DNA of 64,000 bases from Takakia lepidozioides (taxonomy: Eukaryota; Plantae; Bryophyta): positions 62,806,001 to 62,870,000 of the forward strand of contig CM060732.1 of NCBI GenBank assembly GCA_030704615.1, in the 5' to 3' direction. Numbering within the stretch: the first letter of the stretch is position 1; each line of letters begins with the position of its first letter. The notes below the pieces were generated by a model that did not search any database, was not told the DNA's origin, and saw only the letters and a list, made by a program, of their open reading frames with translations. Below are positions 1-12,012 of this stretch, in pieces. A program made the translations under genes and the position numbers.

Positions 1-102
1 CTCTTTTGTGCACCATGGGCTGGCTTTAGAGGATTTTGCAGCCGAGAAGTGTGAGCGAGGTGTTGTCTCGCTTTTCATGATATACTTAGCTGACAACACG
101 TC

Positions 103-1704
103 CTACACCATTTGTACACCATTAGCTGGCTTTACAGTACTTCCAGAAGCTGGAAAGTCCGCGTGAGGTCTCGTCTTACTGTCGAATTGCGCTTGGCTGA
201 CAATGTGTTGCCAGCGCTCCAAGAACAAGTATATGAATCCAAGGAGTGCAACTTGAACGGAGAATGCAATGTACAGACCCTGTTTGACAGTCAAACAAAT
301 AACCATGCTCAGTATCTAAGAAAAAGGGGAAGTGTACCAGAAGGAAGCCAACCTTACTGAGTACTCAATCCATGAAGGCGGTTAGTTCGGACTTATACTC
401 TCCGACCTTTCATGCCCAATTCTGAAAATCTCACCAACAACATAATTTGCCGATCGATGGATCGAGTATGACAATATCTACTAAACAAGCAATGATGCAC
501 AGCTATGATTCTACATTGAGAAGTGGATATGATACAGACCCGTAATGTGCCGGCATTAGGCCAGTCTCCAACGTACAAAGCTAGGCCTTGGAAAATGTTG
601 TACCATCCCAGTACAACAGCTGTCGTGCCAAACAGCCAGTGCACCACATACCAGTATGGCCTTAGAAATCCCCTGCAAATTGCACAGATACATTGTTTTC
701 AATGATGTGGAAACTATTCAATGCCAGTAGAGTTTGAGAGATCTGGGAGAATCTTGAAGGCCCGAAACAACTTCATTCAAGTGTACTCAGAACTTGTGCT
801 ATTGCTATCGCAGTGCCCCACTACTCACATTCGCCCCCTCCCTCCGTTCGAGCTTTAAGCAGAGCGAAAAATGTGGCCACATGATCACAGGCCAGGCAAT
901 CAAACTTCTCCCTCTCTCTCACAGACACACCCAAGGTCCGAGGTGGAATTGGGTGCATACTTCTTCGGTCTGAGCAAGGCGATGACAGATGCATCAGATG
1001 AGGAGTCCAATGGCCAGCCCCATCTTGGCATGCAAGGAATCTGGAAGGGCTTGAAACTTCCTCAGGCCGATTCCAAGGCCTATCGTTGCGCATATCAATC
1101 CCACACTGGACACTAGGCATACTTGACCACGCAGCTGTCAATCTCGGCCCTTACGATCTAGCTACCGACAAATGTCACGGTCATGCATATCCACAGTCAG
1201 AAAGGTTATAGTGAAGATGAAAGCATCAAAAATTCATAGCGCCGGACTAATTGAGCGTGCAAATTTTGCATGACAAGGTTACAGAATTTCGTAGAAGTGC
1301 TCTTCCTTGTAGCCGTGGAGGAAGAAGTGCGAGCACTGTCCAATATTAAGCAGGCTTTGTTCCCAAGTAAATTGGAAAGGCCTTCAGGTGCACACTACTG
1401 CACTGATTATGTGTGCTGAACTAGTCATGCACAATCCTTGAAACAAAGTGCCGGAAAAAGTCTCAGGAATTGAAGTACTGACCTGGAGAATGTAGTGAAG
1501 GTTAAACCAATACTTGATGGAGGATTGACCGTATTTGGAAACAAGAATTCCTGCCGGGAAGAAAACTCCGAAGGCTAGCCATAGCAACCAACCGTGGGCT
1601 TTATACCATCCTTCTGTAGGTTGGGCTGCAGCCTTCGTCACTAAGGACATCGACACACATACAAAAAGAATCGAGGCCAAATGCATTCCCAGAAACTTCC
1701 CCAT
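103..1704 (-). CDS. Cytochrome b561 domain-containing membrane protein (At4g18260-like), 4 exons: 1704-1483, ~1105-961, 672-540, 279-103
   Basis: Spliced translation gives AHGWLLWLAFGVFFPAGIL...LHYILQ / HAKMGLAI...IALLRPKK / GFLRPYWYVVHWLFG...NIFQGL / LFLERWQH, with the four heme-ligand His in the expected helices and GT-AG borders. Exon 2 needs small indel corrections. Confidence 0.85.
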
Positions 1705-2921
1705 TCTTGAACCCAAGCGTTTCAGTCTACTCACTTCACATCTACGTGAACAATCTGCCAATTACACCGCTCGAGAGTTCTAGCTCTACCTGAACCTGCA
1801 GATACTCCGACTAGCTATTAGCCCTCATTACACCAGCGTGCAGTGTGTGAAATGCTAGCTCAGCACAGTTACTAGAACTGACACCAGCTCTAGCCCAGGC
1901 CTGGAAGATGTCCTATCTACTTTGTCACTTCTCTTGAAGAAGTGCCTCTACACACATACCCTTTCTACCTAGTACCCGATAGTAATGTTCGAAAGAAAGT
2001 CAGAGCTGACAGAACACTCTCCAGATCCAAAGTGACAGATTCGACCCAGACTTAATAGCAACCCGGAGGAGCCAGGAAACTTTACTGCAACCTCCTTAAG
2101 TAGAATGGGCGAGAATGTGGGAAAGATAGAACTTGGAAGAGAGAGACTTTCGAGTGTGGGCAGTGATTTGCAATGGTTGGCAATCACAATGGCAAGCTTT
2201 AATGGAGTGAGAGGACGGGTTGCTACCGAGGGAGGTGGCAGCGCCTCTTCACTCATTTGTGAGCTTCCGCAAGAGACGCTAACCGCCCCACCATTCCTCG
2301 GGGGCCACCCCAGTGCGAACCAAAGCAGACGGATCCTCGTGCACGCACATCCTCCTCTCCTCGGATGTGGCCGCTCTGCGACCACACTCCCGCGCTCTGT
2401 AACGGTCAGCATCCACGGGTTTCAAATACGTATCTGGCTCGTACGTCTATTTTCACAGAGATACATCGGTAGTATTATTATTGGAGATTCGGAATCCAGG
2501 GCTGTCGAACGGGACAGCATCAGCCGTAAATTCTCCTTGTCTGCCCGATACGCTCATGCCATGTGGCCAGAATGTGACAGTTGGCACGGATAGAAATGGC
2601 GGGCGTGCCAAAGTCAACCGGGTGGAAACGATGGGGTCAACGGGGCCGCGCTGGCCCACCGACACATGGCACGGCCTTTTGGGGCTGGCTGCGCTCCGAC
2701 GTGGCGCTCCCGCAGGCACAAAACAGGGGTTGGCCCAGTGAGCGGCCGCGTCAACACTTGCTGCGTGCCCGGCACACGACCTCACACTCTCCGCACTTTC
2801 TACAGTTTCACTCCTCATTTTTTCTTCCGTTTGCTTTATTTTAAAGAACGAGGATATTGTGGGTCCAAATCCTGGTACCTTTGTGGGGTATATATATATG
2901 TGTACATATACTTACAATGCA

Positions 2922-2923
<2 letters not shown>

Positions 2924-2953
<30 letters not shown>
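2924..2953. repeat. (TTA)n microsatellite
   Basis: About 10 perfect TTA units. Confidence 0.9.
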
Positions 2954-2955
<2 letters not shown>

Positions 2956-3270
2956 TCCATTTAGTCTTGGCTTTGGAACCCTTGCCGACGAAGAAATGAT
3001 TCTTGGTCTTCTTCTTTCTCCGATTCTTTCCTTTGATAGGCTATTCCAGTCAGCTGTTGGGCTCAAAGGTACTGGTTCTCCTCGTTGATTTTTAGGCCTT
3101 GCTTTTTCTTTGGACATTGGTTCCTAGTCGGTGTAAAGTGAGCCTTGTTCTAGTTGTTCGTTACGGACATTTCTAGGAGGTGTTCTGGTTGTTCGTTACG
3201 GACGTTTCTAGGAGGTTCCCCTGATTGTATCGCCTCATGGCCCTGGCGAGGTTATTTTTTTCGCGTTCTA

Positions 3271-3503
3271 TTTTTTTTTTTTTTAAGGGAAACACACCTG
3301 GGAGCAACAGCTCACAAATCAGGCCCCTTGATAGAGAGGAGAAAATAACCTCTCAGTAACCTCGCTGTAAGGCTTTCCGACGCGACACTGCGCCCGGGAA
3401 GGGGGAGAAGAGCGTACTACACCTGTCAAGTAGCAGGATTTGACCCCAGGGTCATCCGGATGGCACTCAGTGCACTTTACCAACTGAGCTACTGACTGTT
3501 GGT
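3271..3503 (-). mobile_element. tRNA-derived SINE
   Basis: Minus strand: A box TAGCTCAGTTGGTA, B box GGGGTCAAATCCT, 3' poly(A) (poly-T at 3271-3284). TSD GTTCTA at 3265-3270 and 3504-3509. Confidence 0.85.
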
Positions 3504-4532
3504 GTTCTAATTTGAGAAACAGGGCCTTTGTCCCTCATTTTTTTCCTATTTTCAAAAAAACTTAATGGCTGACCTTTGTTAGGACCATTTGGCCAAAACG
3601 GATAGGTGGGCCCAATCAGTTTCAATTGTTATCTGTTTCTCGGGCAGTGAGAGCACATAATTTGGTGGTACGATTGGGTGGGGCAGGGTCTCAGGTGTTG
3701 CTTTTCTGGTGGATCCGTGTCGTGTGGCCCTACACATTGGAAAGATGATTTTTTTTTGATTTTTTGTTGGGAATGTCTTGGACCATGATGGATTATTTGT
3801 GAATTATTTTTACCCTTTCTTATTATTATTTTTAAAGTATCGGCTCACCATAACATATATATATATATATAGCTGATTGGCTATACCGTAAATCAAGTGC
3901 CTAATTAAATTTAGAAAAGTTTTGGAAAATGTGCCTAAAACTTGGAAAATTTCCCTGGGAAGTGCATAATTGCTCGAAAATTGTGAAAAAATACCAAAAT
4001 ATCCAAATATGTGGAAAAAATGCTTAAATTATATTATTTAAATTCCAAAAATAGAAAAGCCTACAATTATTGTTGAGGTAATATCTATTTTCAAAATCAT
4101 TATGTTTTTTAAAAGAAAATTACCTCGACAATAGTTTTTGAGGGAGGTCAAAAACAATTGTTCATTATGTTATTTTTTTTTGGAGGTGGTGCCTTTGGAT
4201 AAAAACCTTACATCCTTGATAAGAGTGGCTGAATGTTTTCTCAAACCAACTATATTAAGGCTCAGCATAAGATCTAACAACTATGCAAGTGTGCTAACAA
4301 AGAGGAGAGCCATATTTTCATAACACATATCAAATAACGTAGTCATGCCATTTTCAAGTGTAAATTTTTATAGAGCAAAGATTTAATAACATTAAGGGTG
4401 ACATAACAAAAAAGCAGGTAACATTTATCCATGGTCGACTATATTACATGCCTTATGTTTGGAAATTACCTAGGTGAGGTGCCTAAATAATAAAAACGAA
4501 TCTATCTAATAATATTCCATTTTTATTATTTA

Positions 4533-4991
4533 CTAGGGTAGCTTGTGCCGTTGGCCCAAGTGTCAAGTGTCATCTAAGCCCAAGTGCAATCTCCTATGTA
4601 TGCAAGTGCGTCTCCTATGTCGAGGCCCAAGTGCGACCTCTAGGGTAGCCTCTGCCCTCCAATGTCATCTAAGTCCAAATTCATTTTTTTTTCACAGAGC
4701 CTACGACCAGATTTGAACCGGAGACCTTTCCCTTGATATCTCTCCTCTCAAGGCTCCAACCATTGTCCCAAGAATTCCCACTTTGCTATTTTTCGAGAAT
4801 TTCCAACACCCCGAGTACTTGAAATTCCACATCTCCCACACCACAAGGTCCAAAAATCATGAGACCAAGCCCGTGCACCCTCCTCGTCGAGGGCTTCCAA
4901 TGGTACCAAGCACCAGGGCTGGGGTGGTTGGGGACATCTCAAATTTACAAAACAAAACAAAACAAACGTCTCGCTTCATATATTGATTAGA
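4533..4991 (-). mobile_element. Non-autonomous Helitron
   Basis: Minus strand starts TCTAATCAATATAT and ends with hairpin CTTGGGCC-AAC-GGCACAAG shortly before CTAG|T. Internal CAAGTG repeats; no TSD. Confidence 0.7.
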
Positions 4992-7063
4992 CGCGGAAGT
5001 GCCTAATAAGCTAGGTAAGTACTATATAGTATATACAATCATAACTATGTTTGTTTCATAGAATGAAAGCCATATCATTAGTGAAAAATAAGTGCCCAAA
5101 TTAGTACCATTGTCTTACAGTTTATGATTGCAAGATCCTAACTCTTTTGTGTGCGCAAGTTGGAATTTAACTAGTGTAGAGGCCTTAAAAACCTTAAAAA
5201 ACTTCACAACTATCCAAATAATGGTTTATCCAAATGATTGAAATTACATATAACATGCAGTCCACCTAGAGAGGCAATGCCAATTGGTGGTTATTTGTTC
5301 CAGCAAACTTTCTATGTACCACTTGGACACCATTTTTGTCCACCTGTTATAAAGTGAATCAAGGCCACCGTCCCTCCTTCTTAATAAAATAAAAATAAAT
5401 AAATAAAAAAAACACACATAAGAGCTAGCATTTCCCCCTTGTGGGTGCTGCCTTTGAGGGGTGGGCTATACATATGTCAAGTGGATATTTTCCTACAAAG
5501 CAACAACTTGGCCGCTTTCCATCTTGCGTTTGTTGAGGATCAGCTCGGTGAGGGATCTAATGGTGGTGAGGTGGAGCGCATAGAGGTAAGGTACTAGGTA
5601 TGGTTGATGTGTTTCGTCTTAGAGTAGAGATATTTGGGCAATGCACCCCACCATGATAGGGAGAGGGGGCGGTTTGCCAACCGCCTTGACTAAGGGATGA
5701 AAAAATACATGTGGTGGTCATCCACCTATCCTTTTAGGGGCATAAAACACTCCCAAAACATTTCTCTTCGTTAATAGGTACCTGCTCCTCCCAGAGCACA
5801 ATAGCCCGATTGGCAAGGGAGGGCATTACGCACTGGTGGAATAGACACCTACTAAAATGTGCACATTCCATTGAGTGAAATGCACTCATTTGCATTTTTG
5901 TGGCCGAGCTTGGAATGCCGGTGTTGCTGGGTGGCACAGACACAAACTATCACCGCATCATGGCGAAACCTTTGTTTGAGAAGGTTTGCCTAAAAGATCC
6001 CAATATACCAACGTTGCTTTGTAGGTCATGGTGATTGGCGCATGCTCTCTCAAGCTCTTTATTGGCTCCTTTTTATTCTAAAGAGGTGACTACGCATCAC
6101 TGTTAAAAATTGCTAAGCCCCTGTTGTGCCTTCCCCAGACGTTACCTCCTCGTATGGTTCTCAAGGTAATACCTCCCTCAGATAACATCTTTCTTAATGA
6201 AATAAATGGATGAATTTTTAGGTGTATTATGGATAAAAGTTTCGCTATCCACAAAGAGGAGCTATAAGCGTCTACCTGGTTTTTCTACTTTCAAATGACA
6301 GTTATTGTAGTTGTTTTGGACACCCTTCCCTTCATAGACGCAAGATTCACTCATCTAGTCCAAATATAATGTTTTTATAGTCATTTTAAAGTCTATCTTG
6401 TCAGCTTTGTAATGGACTTTGAATAGATGAAATTTTCTATTTTAAAAAAAAGCTCGTAGTGTATGTAGTGTGCTAGATTAGTCATGGCTAGATTCAGTGA
6501 TCCACGTAAAGGTGTCCACCTTCCTACCGGAAGGCAGTAGCCCTTCTAGGTCAAGTGACACCATAAGTTACGCTTGCTTCGGCAACTCTTCTTCTTCTTC
6601 TTCTTTAATTTAAAGGGGACGCTGGCCTCCACGGCAGTGCAATTTTGGGATGACACCTTGATGAACATCTGTGAATAGGCTCTACGCCGTATTTGTATTT
6701 TCATTGTGTGCAAAGCTACTTTAGGGTTACACAAGGACTTAGCCGCGTTTTGAAGATCAAGCTTGAAGGTATGTGAACACCATTGTTTGTTGTTTAAATC
6801 CTGCAACTGTTGATAATCCCCCACGGCGCATGGTTTCTTCCCTATCGCGCGTTGCATAATCAGCCACGTCGGTCCAATGACCGATATCACACAGAGCATA
6901 TCTCTTGGTGGAGATGGGGGGCACTCCATGTGCCAACCAAAATTTTTAATTTTTCTATGATCCAGGCCGTTCAGCTCCAGATCTAACGGTGGAAAGCAGC
7001 TGGAGTTTTTGAAGTGTGTGTTTTTGCAGGAAGAAGAAGCGATGGCGATGTTGCAGAGGCACG

Positions 7064-7968
7064 ATGATGGAGCGCCTGTCGGCTACCGCGCAAAAGGAGA
7101 TGGACGCGACGCTACATCATAGCTTAGACGATAAGCCAGAAATAGAGCTACCAGCTGATCTAACTGACATGCATCGAGAAAGAGTTCAAGCGATTGGGCA
7201 GAGAAAAACGTTGGATTTTGAGACGACATGAGCAACTAAAGGTGGAAAACCAGCTCAACGAGTTGAGACAACATGATCTGTTTGGCACGTACATAAGACC
7301 GAATCACCCTACAGTGCAACAGCTCCAGGCACTTGCCGAGCGTGAAGAGAAAGGGAAGAAATGGAAAGAGCATGTTGAACATCCAGCTCTTGCTAAGCTA
7401 CAGGATCAGTTACGAGCTCAGGACCAGCTTCCAGTGTTGTGAACAGTCGAAGTCCCAGTGTACACGATTGGCTTCAGTGCACAACCACTCCTGAGGGTTC
7501 ATCTGTATGATTTACTAACGGGCATCAATTCGTGGCTTCTACACGTTAAGCAAGCAAGGCACAATCGGGCCTCCTAGTTATCCAAGGCTCAAGGGGCATT
7601 ACCACGGATATGACTTCAAACGATTTTACAATGAAGTTTATATTTGGCCAAGCCGTGATTCGTTGCTAAGTCATTCTTTCTACTGGAGGGGAAATCACGA
7701 AGTGGGTGAAACATTAAATGATCACAACTTGTTGATCACAAAATAAGAAGGTCTGGAGTACACGCGGGTTGTCATCTGGCATAACTACTTGCACGCAAAT
7801 CAGGAACGAGTTGTGGCGTTGTATACGCAAGAGGAGCACGTCTTGGTAGACTTGTACATCGCCAAGAACGCTTGGGAAGCTGACAAGGTTCCTCCAGCCT
7901 GCCTAGCGTTGTTCTGGGATTGGGAGCGAGTGTTCACTCACTCAATTCCCTGTGTTTGCTTGCATTAG
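7064..7968 (+). pseudogene. Decayed ~300-codon ORF of unknown family
   Basis: Protein-like frames joined by frameshifts and stops: MMERLSATAQKEMD...; LQALAEREEKGKKWKEHVEHP...; SIRGFYTLSKQG...FKRFYNEVYIWPSRD...LFWDWERVF. Confidence 0.4.
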
Positions 7969-8249
7969 GTGTTGTAGTCTTTTTTTAATCTTGTGGAGCT
8001 TAGTTGTCTATGCGCACTAGAGCCATGACGGAGCGAGACACTGCTGAGGTAACACAAAAGCTCAAAATGGCTCTTAAGGAACCAGCCTTGTTGAACAAGT
8101 TGTTTGCCGATTATGATCTAATGGCCCTAGTAAGACCTTGACTGGCATACTCCAATACCTTCTGGACTTACAACCTTCATTCACAAGAAATCTCGTACAT
8201 GATTTAAACGAAGAAGCAGATAAAATGTGGACAACTTGCATGCATTGAC

Positions 8250-8552
8250 ATGGCATACATGTCAACGAGGGTATTCTCCAAAATGATGTCTGGCACAATC
8301 CCAAAACCTTCACAAAACTTCTAGCTTGTGTCTTTCCACATAATCATCTTATCATTGTTCATTTGTTTCCTCCAAAAAGAGCTGTCATGGTGACAAAAAG
8401 TCGATGCCCTCCATTAAACGGGCTTCCACCCTCGGCATTCTCAAGCGGCCATAGTCATCCACACCAGACGATGCAGGACAAGGAAGCGGCCTGGTAATCC
8501 AGCATCGTCTCCAAAATGATGTTTGGCTCAATCCCGCTTTTACTCATTCCTT
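8250..8552 (-). pseudogene. PPR gene remnant
   Basis: Minus-strand peptides GFGIVPDIILENTLVDMYA and MSKSGIEPNIILETMLDY resemble L/S PPR junctions such as GIGSYINLENTLIDMYA in the intact PPR gene. Confidence 0.45.
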
Positions 8553-8694
8553 GACATTGTAACATGGGAGACTATCATATTAGTCTATGTGTTAGTGTAG
8601 TATAGTGAGAGTTAGTAGGCTTGGGCTTCGTTTAATTGGTCTTGGACGCATTAAACATGCTCTAGACACATTAAACATGATAATTAATGTTTAA

Positions 8695-9339
8695 CCCTTA
8701 AACGCCCATAGTTTGACTTTTTCAGAAAACATGACCCCTTAAGTGAAAAAAAGGTGTAACTTTCAGAAAATTAACTTTTAAAAGAACTTGACCGCACATT
8801 AGGTGCGTACCTTCCTCCTGCATCCACCTGCCGAATTTGAGGCCAATCAGCCCTAGATCCACAAAATGCCACCGTTGAATGTGGGCCCCATTATTGGGGC
8901 CCTTTCGAGAAACATATCCATTTTTGGTACTTTTTTAAAGATTTGAGTGACGGGATCAAATGGGATTGAGGCGAAATTAGCAGGGTTTCATCCTCTTGAG
9001 ATCCCTCATCCAACAAGCCAAAAAGTATTCAATTTGGCCAATGCATGTGATGTTGCCACTTGGTCAAACCTGGAAAAATCCCATGTTTCTCTCCCTCTCT
9101 CACACACGTGTGAAGAATGAAACAACGAGAATTACTGTATCAAATCGTGACCCCCTGCTTGCGTGATGAGACCTCTTTGCAACTTGGCAGATCCGAGGCA
9201 ATCCGGCAATGAATCTTGGTGTGCCAAGTGCCCAAGAACACTATTTTTTTTTTTTCACACAATTCCATGGAGAATGCAAAAAGTTATTCAGATTTTCTTA
9301 AACCCAAAAGCCCGAAACGGGCTACTGGGCGTTTAAGGG
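8695..9339. mobile_element. piggyBac-type MITE (645 bp)
   Basis: Perfect 14-bp TIR CCCTTAAACGCCCA / TGGGCGTTTAAGGG, flanked by TTAA at 8691-8694 and 9340-9343. No ORF. Confidence 0.85.
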
Positions 9340-9695
9340 TTAAGGATGATGGCTTTTAAGTTGGATGAAAACAAGCATGTATCATTATCAATCGCCATTG
9401 GACATGTATGATGCAAGATGAAACGCCATTAATATCTAATCTAAAGTGTGCGTATACAAGGTTGGGTCATAATGAAATTTTGGCATATATGTGTATTTTG
9501 AATCCTACGTATTTATGACGGTTTGGCCACACACTTGGATTACCGGCTCTAACGGTCATCCCATTATGGATGACCGACTATAAAAGGTATCTCGGAAAAA
9601 TAGATACACATAAATAGCATCCATTGTACCAAGATACCTTTTTTGATGAGGTTATTTAGGGAGTCTTATAGAGTTGGATATACGGTGCTAGGGCA

Positions 9696-9783
9696 ACACC
9701 TTCAACCGTCATGGTTCCAGCATTCATATTTAGTTCGCACACCTTCAACCGTCATGGTTCCAGCATTCATATTTAGTTCGCAC
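9696..9783. repeat. 43-bp tandem duplication
   Basis: ACACCTTCAACCGTCATGGTTCCAGCATTCATATTTAGTTCGC occurs twice in tandem. Confidence 0.9.
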
Positions 9784-10792
9784 GCCCTAGGTACTGAATT
9801 TAAAAAAGGCCTTGCACTTGCAGCAAGGCCCACGCTTAGAAAGCCTAGGAAAGAATATTCTTTGGAACAGGGGAAAATTCTATAGCCCGAGATAGATCCT
9901 TGACTGATTCTTTGGTCCCGGGAAAAGATCCTTTACCTTAGGATATGAGGATGCCCAGGTTAGATTTTGAACGAATATTCTTTAACCCCGGCCAGCGTCA
10001 TGCCATGGGTCTAGACGATGAAAGTTTCATGCATACATGTATTTTACAACCTATAATTTTTTCCCGTATTTTCTATACGTGCTTGTTTGTAACAGGCAGG
10101 AAGGGTCACCGTCTCGCACGAATCGTTGCAAACCGAAGGTGCGTTTTGAACTATGTCTGGGGTCCCAAATATCAACGTCTTCAAGTTGTAGCAGTCTGTA
10201 GCAACGCTGTAGGTGTCTAGTCTATCTGGAATGGAAATGGAAATGGTCTCTGAAACAGAAAGAGCGTCAATGCTGTCAAGATAATGAAGTGTAAGTACGA
10301 GAAGTGTAACAGTTTTTCGTGGTGGATGGTCAGACGCCTCACCTTGCTGGTAATCCTGGAACCCTGCAACTCTGATAGTTGAAGCTGGACAAGAAAGCTG
10401 AGACAGGAAAGCTGAGACAGGAAAGAAACAGAATTAGGTTTTAATTTCAATTTCTGAAAGTGTACGAGAAGTGGAACTTGGAAGCGCAAGAAGCAAAAAG
10501 CAAAAAAAAAAAAAAGCACAATTGCAACAGCTCTGCCCCTATTGTGGGAAGATCTGGCGAATCATGCCTTCTATGCTCCAACCTACGTGACCCCTTGTCA
10601 TGTGCACCAAGTGATACGGCTCATCGGCAACATGTGGGTCCTCAGTAAGATGTTGGCTATATGTTATGAAGATCTAAACATTTGAACATTTGAAAAATTG
10701 AAGGCAGTCCTATGACCTAATCTGAAGAAAGTAACTTATGAGGAGTCCATGTTATTGCCCTCAAAATGTATTTATCTGTCAGCTATTCAGGT

Positions 10793-11721
10793 TCAGCTCA
10801 TCACGTTGTTGGCTTCCTGCACTTTTTCTGATGGCTCACCACCTACTGCTACTGAAAACAAACCTTCATAAGCGCCGAGCAACAACATTGACATTCAAAA
10901 ATGGGTTCAAAAGGTTTTGATGAAGAATGCAGGATAACACAAGTAAGAGCAGATGGATTACCAGTGCCATTCCCCCGGTTCAGCTGTTTGTAGTTTTTCT
11001 TCAGAATGGCTCCATGTAGATGCTTCTGATTTTCTAGTCTTCAGACCACCGACAACAGTTCGGCAGGATTCTCCCAGATCTCTGTTCGTGCAGTTGGAAG
11101 TATAGATACATAACTGCGTCTAATATATAGCCTTCGAAGATGAAAACGACGCCCTCAAAGGCGACCACCATGCTTAGCAGCAGGAGAGAGTCACATGTAT
11201 TTGGCCTGCAATTATCTTAAGCAGTCACTGGGAACTTGTCTTGTGACATTGGTTGCTACCATGGATCTGGGCGTCGCTTCAGAGGTAGGAACTTCTCTTG
11301 TGACATTGGTTGCTACCACTGATCTGGGCGTCGCGTAGAAGTTAGAGACATCCCAGAAACACATCAGTCTGTCCGTGTATTCTCCTTAGATAGGGTAGTC
11401 TTTTGAATTCACTATAATTTTCAGCTCAGCCTCCTAAGCTCCTCTTTCCATGTGCCCTGTCACCGTTGAATGGGGGACTGATGGGCACTGGCAAGTAAAA
11501 ACAAGGAAGGGAAGCCCAAGCACATCAGAAACGAAGTAAAAGCCATCTTCGTCTAGACATGAATTCGAATTAGGAAGTTGAGAGAAGGAAACAATAGAAG
11601 AGAGAGTCTTACAGCGGCATACAAGCTGAGCTGAAAGGGCCTGTTTCTCCAGTGTGGTTTGTGCTAGCCGAGCTGCAAGGTCACAACTATGATCTTTCAA
11701 TGCCACGAGTTTTGCATCTAG
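10793..11721 (-). pseudogene. Spliced coiled-coil gene remnant, divergent from the acyltransferase gene
   Basis: Exon-like blocks LDAKLVALKDHSCDLAARLAQTTLEKQALSAQL | GTWKEELRRLS*...; a 57-bp (19 aa) repeat ATPRS(V/M)VATNVTR(E/Q)VP; last exon ends ANNVMS*. GT-AG borders but in-frame stops. Confidence 0.45.
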
Positions 11722-12012
11722 CTGCTAGTGATTCATGACCAAGATGCCCTGATGGTCGGGCACAAGCTTGTGCGCCCGCGTGGCGTGGAAGGAGGCCGGT
11801 CCAGCAGGAGGGCTTTGTGCACCAGCGTGGCGTAGAGGACGTGGCGCAGCGGGCAGGTGGGAGGCGGGGCAGCCCCGGCACTATCCCGCAGGGTGTGGAA
11901 CATAGTGCCGAGGCCGGGCCATAGTTGCAAGTGCATGGCCTTGCTCTGAATTCCATAGAGTATCCCTCTCGTGTCTGACAGAGTACGGAGGCTCGCCTTA
12001 GGAAGTTCAGCG

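Noticed and set aside
1969-3117. GC-rich overlapping ORFs
   Set aside because: No motifs; explained by UTR/promoter composition and microsatellite read-through.
3420-3503. Functional tRNA gene
   Set aside because: A and B boxes are present but there is no good acceptor stem; unrelated body, poly(A) and TSD identify a SINE.
6519-6549. Helitron 3' end (hairpin + CTAG)
   Set aside because: Followed by G rather than T, and no 5' end was found.
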